NCBI GenBank assembly: GCA_000091205.1
Contig: AP006495.2
Length of the DNA: 64,000 nucleotides
Reading direction: 5' to 3' (one strand)
Origin: Cyanidioschyzon merolae
Taxonomy: Eukaryota
Part shown: piece by piece, positions 56,083 to 64,000 of the stretch
Numbering within the stretch: position 1 is the stretch's first letter
Layout of the letters: every line of letters begins with the position of its first letter
Notes under the pieces: model-generated
Told to the model about the DNA's origin: nothing
Databases searched by the model: none
The model's input: the letters and a program-made list of their open reading frames with translations, nothing else
Translations under genes and position numbers: made by a program

Positions 56083-57413
56083 GGAGTACGAGTTGACATG
56101 TTTTTTGATAGTGTCTCGAAACTTTTTCTTATATGGATATTCTTTATACGTTTACGAAGACCGGCGTTCACCACCATGTTGTCATAAAGTAGTCTTTCTT
56201 GCATGCATCGACGTAGGGCCTCCCCCTTTTGCTTCTTCATCTCCCCCTGTCCTCTGGACTCCACACTGTTTTCGGTATTTTTTTTCCGGCAGCCGGCGAT
56301 AATGGGCCTACAGAATCGTCGACTAGCTTTTTCATAACTTTCTTTTTTTAGCTTTTCTTCTCAAAACAGAACTCTCTTTGAACGCGTCTATTATGTGTTG
56401 CGAGAAAACTCTTGAATACACTTGTCTTAGGTTCGAAACACATATGAACTGAAAAACTGTACTTTGCTAGGGCTCGAACGGAAATCCAACTATTACAGCT
56501 AAACAACACGCTCCTGATCACGATAGCGTTTTCCTTCAACATCGGCGGCATTCGCGTCGTGTCTCATGCCTGCCTGATTTCCCACGGGTGCTAACCGATA
56601 GCTCTATTTAGAACAAAGAAAAAAGAACAGAGACTCGCAGTCCGCGAGCAACGATATAGCGATTTCGTACCCGCTCTACAATAAACGTTGAAAGAGGAAA
56701 ATCATACAGAATTTTAGAAAGCTTACTTTCCAGGCGCAAGGTCCAGCGAGCCGGACGAGTATGCAAGGCTCGTGCTCCATGCTCCCCCAGTGGCAAGCGC
56801 TTTAGTGCGACCTGACCAACTCATGCACCAAGCAGTTTATTCTTGCGCGAGGAGCGGGTATGGTGCAAGTGGTCATCGCATTGCTCGAAGATGATTCCTA
56901 GTATATTGCTTCGCGCTGCCGCAGGCTGCACGTCTGTCTCCGCAGTTTGCAGGCTCCCTGAATGATAACGAGTCCGGATTCCGTCTCAGTGGAGCCACAC
57001 CTCGAGACGACGCCCTCAGTAGTCTCGCAAAGCCATTCTTTCGCTGTGATGAGGCTGCACCTTCGGTGTAAGCAATAGGGAAGGCTCGGCACGCTAGAGA
57101 ACTACAAAACGGCCAGCACATCTCGAACGAATTATAGGTAATGGAGTTTGAAAGTAGGCTGAAGAATATCGAGCGCTTTCATTTCTTTCAATATTCATTC
57201 CGCTGTCAGCGATCCATAAAGCAAGTCAACATTTTATCATCAAATGAAACGCCAGAATCAGGTGCTCACCATTTAGGAACACGCGCCGACGCAAATATCG
57301 CCGCCGTTGGTCGGCAGGTACGGCCCGACCTCGCGGGGCAGGCTTCAACTTTGCTGAACGTTCGCTGAACCTCACGTTTCAATTTCTTTAAAGCGTCTGC
57401 TGAGGCTTGTCCA

Positions 57414-58460
57414 ATGGTTGACGAGAAAGGCGATCTCTGTTTATGGGAGCATCTGGTGGCTGGCGGCGGGGCGACACTCTCCGCCGTCAGCGTTATGCAC
57501 CCGTTGGACACGATCAAAATCTACATGCAACGCGCTCAGGTGGCAACCGCAGGCGGCAGCGCTAACGTCCGGCCGACAATGCTCGGCGCTGCGCAAGAAA
57601 TCTTGGCTCAAAGAGGGCCCGGAGGATTTTACGCCGGCCTAGGTGCCAATCTCAGCGGGCAAGTGCCAGCAGGCGCGATCAAGTTTGCAACTTACGAGCT
57701 GCTGAAGCAACACGCCGTGCAGAAGCGGCTCCCGGCTGCAGCACAGGGTTGGGGCGAAGTCGCCTCTGCAGCGCTGGCGTTTCTGGCCTGCTCTGTAGTT
57801 CTGGTCCCCGGTGAGGTCGTAAAGAGCCGCCTCCAGGCCGGTTTGTATCCGAGCTTCCGCGAAGCGCTTCTGCGTATCATTGAGCAGGATGGCGTTTCTG
57901 GACTCTACAGGGGCTACTGGGCCACAGTTACGCGTGACGTCCCGTATACGATGCTCGAGTTTGGGCTATACGAGCAGTTTAAACGAGCGTGCATGTGGTC
58001 TGTTAAGCGCGATCGACTACATTCCTCAGAGGAATGGACCATGGGTGGCCTCGCTGGCGGCGTAACCGGTTGGTGTACCACCCCGCTCGATGTCATTAAG
58101 ACGAAACTCATGACGTGTGCACGCTCGCAATACCGCGGCTACTGGGACGCCGCTCGTGACGTTTGGCATCGAGAAGGGCTGAGCGGCTTCTTCACCGGGG
58201 GACTCGCCCGCGTGCTGTGGTTGGTCCCGTTCACAGCGGTGTTCTTCGGCAGCCATGAGATCATCAAGCGATTTTTACGAAGTCGTAAGCGGCAATATTC
58301 TACGTTGCGAAGCACCAGAATCCCTCGGATGGATCCGGAGGCGTCTGCGTCCTCTAACTGCACCTGTCGATACAAGTCCATCAAGTGGTTCGGATCGAGT
58401 ACTCTTATCTGTGACGTCCGGATCAAGCCTGCGTATCGCTCGCCTCGACATCCGTTCTAG
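57414..58460 (+). CDS. Mitochondrial carrier family protein (possibly S-adenosylmethionine carrier-like)
   Basis: Three MCF repeats are present, with PLDTIKIYMQ and PLDVIKTKLM signatures. GFYAGLGANLSGQVPAGAIKFATYE resembles SAM-carrier/PET8-type carriers. The ORF tail beyond ~aa 300 is probably read-through into the 3' flank. Confidence 0.75.
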   Translation: MVDEKGDLCLWEHLVAGGGATLSAVSVMHPLDTIKIYMQRAQVATAGGSANVRPTMLGAAQEILAQRGPGGFYAGLGANLSGQVPAGAIKFATYELLKQHAVQKRLPAAAQGWGEVASAALAFLACSVVLVPGEVVKSRLQAGLYPSFREALLRIIEQDGVSGLYRGYWATVTRDVPYTMLEFGLYEQFKRACMWSVKRDRLHSSEEWTMGGLAGGVTGWCTTPLDVIKTKLMTCARSQYRGYWDAARDVWHREGLSGFFTGGLARVLWLVPFTAVFFGSHEIIKRFLRSRKRQYSTLRSTRIPRMDPEASASSNCTCRYKSIKWFGSSTLICDVRIKPAYRSPRHPF

Positions 58461-58684
58461 AAATCTGCTTCACGGGAATGATGCCGTTGTACGCAAACAG
58501 CGCAAGCCTGTTTTCGACACTTTGATTGTGCCGCGTTGCAAAGCGTACCTCATGGCGACCGCCTTCCCTCTCGGCAAGCACTCGAACACCATTGACATAG
58601 GATCACGCCCGTGTTTACCGAATGCGTCGCGACTCCATCGTACTAAGGATCCAAGCGATATCCTCTCCCGAAGCAAGCTAATAT

Positions 58685-60667
58685 TCAGCTATCCGCTAAG
58701 TTCGTATTCGCGTCTAGGGGCCGCCAGCCAAGGTCTTGCAAGGCCGTCAAAGAAGCCGATACGCTAGAGCTCCGCCAGCGCGGCGACTTCCAGATCGAGC
58801 CGCCCCGAGTCTCCTCCGTCCAGAGCGGAGCACCGGTATCCCCAACGTGATAGCTGTTCTCGATTCGTACGTTCGTTACACCGATCTGGGCAAACGCTTT
58901 CGTCAGCTGCGCGAAGGGATCCTCGGTGACGCTCCAGTGCGGATCCGCAATGGATACCGAGCGCCCTGACGACACCGAATGTGAGATCGGTGAGTTATCG
59001 GGCAAGCATGGGTTCCCCGTCGCTGGTTTCCTTCGTTCGCCAACAGCACCGAGAGAGACAGAACAAGAGCGCCTAATCGCGCCGCTTGCCATTTGAATTG
59101 CCGGGTCCCAGGAGATGAACGCCTGCTGTGTCAACGGTTCGACCTCTGGGTGTAGCGCTGTACGATTACCTGTAGCGTCACGTTCTGACAAAGAAATACG
59201 CTCGTATTCGTCAAAAGAACGCCATGCGTTGACCATAGCCCCTGATGCTTGAGGCGGTGCCCCTTCGGCTGCATCACCCACAAGCCTTGTTGAGCGTTCT
59301 GAGGCCGCGCGCGTCCCCAGGCCGGGCTCCGCATGCCACGACAAGGGCGAACTGCTTCCCCAGATGCATCCAAGCTTAAACAGATCGTTCTCTCTTGCTG
59401 CACTAATCTTGGGAGAGGCGAACTCGTCAAAGACGAAGTCGTCCTCATTTGGACCCGCCTCGGCACCCGAGATACTCCCTGCGTCCTGCCTCGCATCGAT
59501 ATCAGAGAGCGGCTGCAGCGTCGCGTTGGAGCAGGGCTTCTTCGTCTGCGTACAGGTCGCGGATCGAAACGCATGCAACGGTGGTGGAGGCCCGTACCTA
59601 CTCTGGAGAAAAGCCTCCCGGGATATGGCATCTGTGTTGGAGGCAAACTCATGTCGGTATAAACACGCGGGATCCACGCAGCGTTTCTGGGTCGGTGGCT
59701 GCGGCGGTTTTGCGCCGTTGGATGCCCGCTTTCGAGATATGACCTTTGCGCCGGCGAATGCAACCGCTACCGTATCGCTTGCATCGAGTGGCCTTATTGA
59801 CGGGTTCCGTCCAGATGTCCATTGTGCAGACTCAATCTGGCTCTGTTTCCATTCAACGAATGTTTTCAGGTATTGCTCACAGGCCTGGACAAATGCCTCA
59901 CAATAGCGCACCGTGCCATAGGAGACGTGCACTTCATGGCCTTGCCAGCGCGCCCCGTCGTAAAGCTGTATTGCGCGGGTGGCTGCCGCCTCATCTGCAT
60001 ACTCCACATAGACGCCAGTTCCCTGGACAAAGAGAACTCGTTGGATTCTCCCCGTCTTTCCGAACATGTCCGAGCGCCGAATTGTGTGCTCGGACCAGAG
60101 AGATTGGTGCAATCCACGAATGCAGATCAAGTTCCGCTGCACGATAAAGGTCTGACGCATTGTTCGTATCCGCTTGGCGAGCTCGTACTCCCGCTGCTCC
60201 TGACGTTCCCTCTCTAGCTGTTCTTGGCGAAGCTGTCGCTCCTTTTTGCGCCTGTTTATTTCACGTAGTCGTTCCTTCTCTGCAAGACGTTCATCACTAA
60301 GCTCCTCGCGGAGTTGAAAGCGGCTCTCGTCGTACGGCGTCCGGCACGCGGGGCACCGGGGGACCTGGCCCTCCTCGCACGCTGTGCGAAGGCGACTCAG
60401 GCACCACAGGCACACTTGATACCCGCACGCGCAAGGAAAGAATGCTTTCTCTGCGGCATCCAGTTCCTCAAGGCAGAGCGGACACTCGCTGCTCTCTTCC
60501 GAAGGTTCGCAAGGTGCCTCATCGGCTGACTTTCCAGAAGCGTGACGGTGCGTAGCCTGGCGCCGCGTCCGTCCGTTTCTTGCCCGCCCGCCTGTCGGCT
60601 GCCTAACGCGTTTCAAAGAAAAAGAACTGTCAGAGGTATCCACAAGTTTGGCACCGCTGAACGCCAT
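58685..60667 (-). CDS. CCR4-NOT complex subunit 4 (NOT4/MOT2)-like RING E3 ligase with RRM
   Basis: The N-terminal C4C4 RING CPLCLEEL...FPCACGYQVCLWC...CPACRTPY is followed by a coiled-coil and an RRM-like block (TFIVQRNLICIRGL...GKTGRIQRVLFVQ), which is the NOT4 architecture. Its start codon abuts the 3' end of repeat copy C. Confidence 0.65.
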   Translation of the reverse strand: MAFSGAKLVDTSDSSFSLKRVRQPTGGRARNGRTRRQATHRHASGKSADEAPCEPSEESSECPLCLEELDAAEKAFFPCACGYQVCLWCLSRLRTACEEGQVPRCPACRTPYDESRFQLREELSDERLAEKERLREINRRKKERQLRQEQLERERQEQREYELAKRIRTMRQTFIVQRNLICIRGLHQSLWSEHTIRRSDMFGKTGRIQRVLFVQGTGVYVEYADEAAATRAIQLYDGARWQGHEVHVSYGTVRYCEAFVQACEQYLKTFVEWKQSQIESAQWTSGRNPSIRPLDASDTVAVAFAGAKVISRKRASNGAKPPQPPTQKRCVDPACLYRHEFASNTDAISREAFLQSRYGPPPPLHAFRSATCTQTKKPCSNATLQPLSDIDARQDAGSISGAEAGPNEDDFVFDEFASPKISAARENDLFKLGCIWGSSSPLSWHAEPGLGTRAASERSTRLVGDAAEGAPPQASGAMVNAWRSFDEYERISLSERDATGNRTALHPEVEPLTQQAFISWDPAIQMASGAIRRSCSVSLGAVGERRKPATGNPCLPDNSPISHSVSSGRSVSIADPHWSVTEDPFAQLTKAFAQIGVTNVRIENSYHVGDTGAPLWTEETRGGSIWKSPRWRSSSVSASLTALQDLGWRPLDANTNLADS

Positions 60668-60823
60668 TCAAAAGTCGAACGATGCCGAAGGTGTACAGTA
60701 GTGGCGGCAAACGCGCCCTAGACAAGACGTCCTCAGGCGACGTGCAGACGCATCTGTCTTTTTCGACCGGCCACCTACTACTGGTTCCAACTTTGTCTCA
60801 TACAGTTCCACTTTGAGTGATTG
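60668..60823 (-). ncRNA. Candidate omega-RNA-like 3' block of copy C
   Basis: ccagtagtaggtggccggtcg...gtctgcacgtcgcctgaggacgtcttgtctagggcgcgtttgccgccactactgtacacc...ggcatcgttcgac is nearly identical to copy A. It ends at the NOT4 ATG. Confidence 0.3.
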
Positions 60824-62852
60824 TCAAGCAAAGTCCACTCTTGGCCACTCTGGAGGTCTTTTCTCCAGCACCGCACATTTCCTTGTATTGATTGCGGCAT
60901 TAAAGTCACGATTCACGAAATCAATCCCTTTCTTGCCACTATTAGTTGTACTTAATAATGCAAGTAGCCCACGAACTTTTGCCCTCCTTTCCATTTGCTC
61001 ATCCGTCAGCGGTCCGTATTTTGCTATTTCCTCAGGACTCCGCTGACACTTTTCCATCTCCACTGTCTGAAGTGTACAATCAGTCCATGGTGCGTATAGG
61101 ACGTTCGGAACTCATCCACAGGTACTGTAACGAAACGCCATGCGTATTCCTTGTACGTCCATGTCGTCGGAGCTGGCGAAGTCCTTTTTGGGTCTTCCAG
61201 CGCCTTGCTCCGTACGCTACTACCAGCCTATGGCTTTCATCCTCCTTCATGGCACGGAACTCACTAAAAAAGTTCGCGACTGCACGCTGCTTCCCACAAT
61301 ACAAATTCATACGCAAACGAGCCCACCGGGGCTTTGTATTCTCCTCCCACAGCGCATCCCAACGAGCAACGCGAACATCCATGAATTTCAGAAAGAGGTT
61401 ATGTCCGCGCCGCGGCTCGTCACCTCGCTCAAAGCTTCCAGGTTCTCTTCCATTCATGCATTTCAGCTTCCAAATTTCTTCCTCGCATTCTGTATAACGG
61501 ATTCTCGATAGTATCTTGCTCTCGAGAGCCTCAACAGACGCATGTCTTTCTGACGTAAGTTACCGTTAGTACCATCTTCCGCACGCTTGGATATTGCGAT
61601 TGTTATGATATTCGTGATCCCAGGGGTTAAGGCCGACGACAAAGTCGTTTTCGTGGGGATTATACGTTCCATGGCTGGTCTTTTTGTGTTTGTCCTTCGG
61701 CAGGGGCGAAATGAAGACGGGATAGGGCGGCCTGCCTTCAATCGCCGGTTACGTAGACATATGGAAACCCCATCGTTATCGATGGCTCCCGTGAGCACCT
61801 TTTTTTTTTTGGTCGGCCACGGACGCTTGAAATCGAAATTATTCTTCCAGTAGGTTTCCGGTCTTCGCTGGTGACCTCTTTGTTTCTTAAATCGAGCTCT
61901 AGAGAGATCTCATTGCTGAAGGCTCAAAGGGCTCTAGAGTCGATATTCACAAAATGTGACCTGAACTCGCATAACCGGAAGGCAATGAAGCGCATCCGGA
62001 GAAGCTCATCAATGCCGGTCCTCCAATCCGTCATTCTTTCCACACTCAGATCCATGTCGGCCTTGCGTTCGAGATCTCGGTCCAAAAACATATAGTAGGG
62101 CAGGAAGCGGGGGTAACATCCCTCTTCGTTTTTTCAGATATCTGACAATTTTTCTCTTGGGTTGAAATGCCCCAAGACCGAACGATGCTTTAGAAGAGTC
62201 GCGCGGAAAACAGAAGCCCTATTTTTGGAACTGCATGATGTCCGCTTGTCGACGAATTCGATCTCTTGTTCATGCTCGCGATCGTTCTTGATACCATCGA
62301 AGATTGCCCCTATCCCTTCGCGGAACATGCCCGAGAACAGCGCCAAGAAGATGCGTAGCAAAAAATAGTCGATGTTTACGATCTTATACTTCCTCACATA
62401 CGTGAGGTAGCTCATTGCCCTGTAATCGTTAATGTCTGCGTTACTCTTCGTCCAGCACCGTTGAAGCGGTATTTGGAATAATTTTTGAGGAAAGCATGAA
62501 CTCGCTCATTTCTCCAAGATATATCTCCACAGCAGCATCAGGGCGGATGATGAAAATCTTTTTGAAAAATTTTTCCGGAAACGTTACTTGTTCGACGTGG
62601 GTTTCGACGCGATGCATCTCCCCATTCCAAACGCATCAGTCGAAAAAGAAGCGATACAAACATACCTTGAGCAAGATGCTCCATGATTTCTGACGGCCTC
62701 TCGCAACTTTCCTTTGTACGGATTTGTAATATGCCCAAGACGACGGGATTTAAACACCACTTCTTCGCTCTGTCGTCTTTCATGCAGTCTTTGAGGTTGG
62801 GCTCTAGTTTCTTGCGCGTCTTCGTCTTACACGGTTCTTCTACACTCGGCAA
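60824..62852 (-). pseudogene. TnpB/Fanzor-like RuvC nuclease ORF (copy C), heavily frameshifted
   Basis: The RuvC-III motif GIDFVNRDFNAAINTRKCAVLEKRP is present. ITNIITIAISKRAEDG is a frameshifted RuvC-I. An N-terminal segment EIEFVDKRTS is shared with copies A and B. Confidence 0.55.
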
Positions 62853-64000
62853 AGCTCTTTGTTCGCCCCCGACAGCCGGAAATACCGGCCATCCGAAACA
62901 TCACTACCTCGAGTACCATAAGTACGGATTATTTATAAAAAACACTTTGCACGCTTCTGCATTAAACGGCGGAATATCAGGTATATACTTTTACTTGAAT
63001 ATTGAAACAGTATTGAAGAGAAACATATATTTTGCCACGATTTCAACACAAACACTACATGCCCCTATACAGCTGGTGATCAAAAAGTAGTCATTCTCGC
63101 GATTATGTTCACCGGCGAGACATATTGAGTATTCTGACACCCAAAAAAAGTGGAGCGCGTACGGGCAAAAAAACGCAGAGAAGAAAGAGAAACATAAAGA
63201 TTAAAGACACCGAGTTAGCAGTTTCACTTCATAACTATGGTAAACCTTAAAAAGAGAAACGTTTTGGGTATGGTCTAACAATTACCTTAGAGATGGAGAG
63301 ACCTACAAACCGGAAGACGCAACCTGCCCTTGCACTAAATGAGCCAGACTGGCAAGAAAGTTGACGCACCTGAAAATCTCGTACGAATCGCGTTTGGTTC
63401 TAGGACTAAGAGCGGGTGTGCTGCGTATCGCTGTCACCTTGGTGGCGGTGGAATCTTAGCACATGGTTTCGCGCCACCGCAGGCAGAAGCACTAAATTTC
63501 ATGCTTGAGGGCTCCCAGAAATATAAAATAGCCCTGATTTCTGGTCGCGAGAGCGAAGCCTCCCCCGAAGCACTCAGTGGAATGCCGAAACTGTCCAGTT
63601 TCAGTAGCGCATCCGCATCAGCTATACAGATGGTACGGCGCATGTTCAGGCAGGGATTTGGCGTAAAAAGGAAGCGTGAAACGGACAGTAGAGCCAAGAC
63701 TAAATAAAGGCGATGGTACGAACAGTGATTCTTTGGCATAATAAACGCATTCCCGACACCAATATCGATCCGGGGATCACATCTATCTGGTCATTGAACG
63801 ATTTATCAAAGATACAAACCGTTACACGGGAAGGAATTCCTTAATGGATATTCTGTTCTAGGCATCACGATGAGCGATACATACAAACACAGTTCATGAT
63901 ACCGAGAAACTTCCCTAGTGACTCTAGTACATTAAACATCGCAATGACAAATGCTCCCGCGCTATAACCAAATACCGGATAGAATCGGGGGAATGGGGGG

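Larger units (their letters stand above)
54050..57350 (-). mobile_element. Copy B of the TnpB/Fanzor-like element (inverse orientation)
   Basis: It is homologous to copy A along its 5' region, ORF and 3' block. It fills the whole divergent intergenic space between the 53150-54067 gene and the mitochondrial carrier gene. Confidence 0.6.
60660..64000 (-). mobile_element. Copy C of the TnpB/Fanzor-like element (inverse orientation, 5' part reaches the window end)
   Basis: Its 3' block, its ORF segments (60824-61063, 61080-61457, 61463-61798, 62134-62415, 62538-62852) and its 5' region out to at least ~63300 are homologous to copy A. Confidence 0.55.

Noticed and set aside
1-64000. Kinetoplastid-like polycistronic region or a prokaryotic operon
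   Set aside because: Genes alternate strands every one or two genes. The proteins are typical eukaryotic nuclear ones (IRE1, NOT4, TFIIIC, bromodomain, mitochondrial carrier). Low-complexity tracts and long intergenic spacers also argue for a eukaryotic nuclear locus.

Overview
This window looks like a GC-rich (~55-60%), intron-poor eukaryotic nuclear region. It carries long uninterrupted housekeeping genes on alternating strands, with codon-level microsatellites producing poly-L/S/A/Q tracts. The alternating orientation argues against kinetoplastid polycistrons and against a prokaryote. The genes I can support are: a starch/glycogen synthase with GH13-like, GT5 and CBM48-like domains; organellar GatA amidase; an RNA polymerase III C11-like zinc-ribbon subunit; ribonucleotide reductase R1; a TPR protein resembling TFIIIC TFC4; IRE1 kinase/KEN endoribonuclease; a membrane histidine acid phosphatase; a DEAD-box helicase; a bromodomain protein; a mitochondrial carrier; and a NOT4-like RING/RRM protein. 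Several hypothetical ORFs are also listed. The organism cannot be named from sequence alone; the gene set and the floridean-type starch synthase fit a compact red-alga-like genome, but that is speculation. The main finding is a ~3.3 kb interspersed repeat family present in at least five copies or fragments: A ~35750-39090 (+), B ~54050-57350 (-), C ~60660 to the window end (-), a 3' fragment D at 1-~1000 (+), and a solo 5' fragment E ~15060-16050 (-). The ~590-aa ORF of this family, now broken by frameshifts and stops, carries the hallmark motifs of TnpB/Fanzor-type RuvC nucleases: a RuvC-I-like VG(T/A)DPGN(A/T)N segment, a VDEFRTSY..HELGC zinc-finger region, and a C-terminal FVNRDFNAA(L/I)(H/N)I RuvC-III motif. 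Each ORF is followed by a ~130-150 nt well-conserved non-coding block that could be an omega-RNA scaffold, and preceded by a ~1.3 kb 5' region conserved only at the nucleotide level. Copies sit next to host gene 5' ends, and the 3' ends of B and C meet the start codons of downstream genes. A 94-97 bp minisatellite (~5.5 units) lies between the RNR1 gene and the next gene. All motif calls are by eye; no database search was run.
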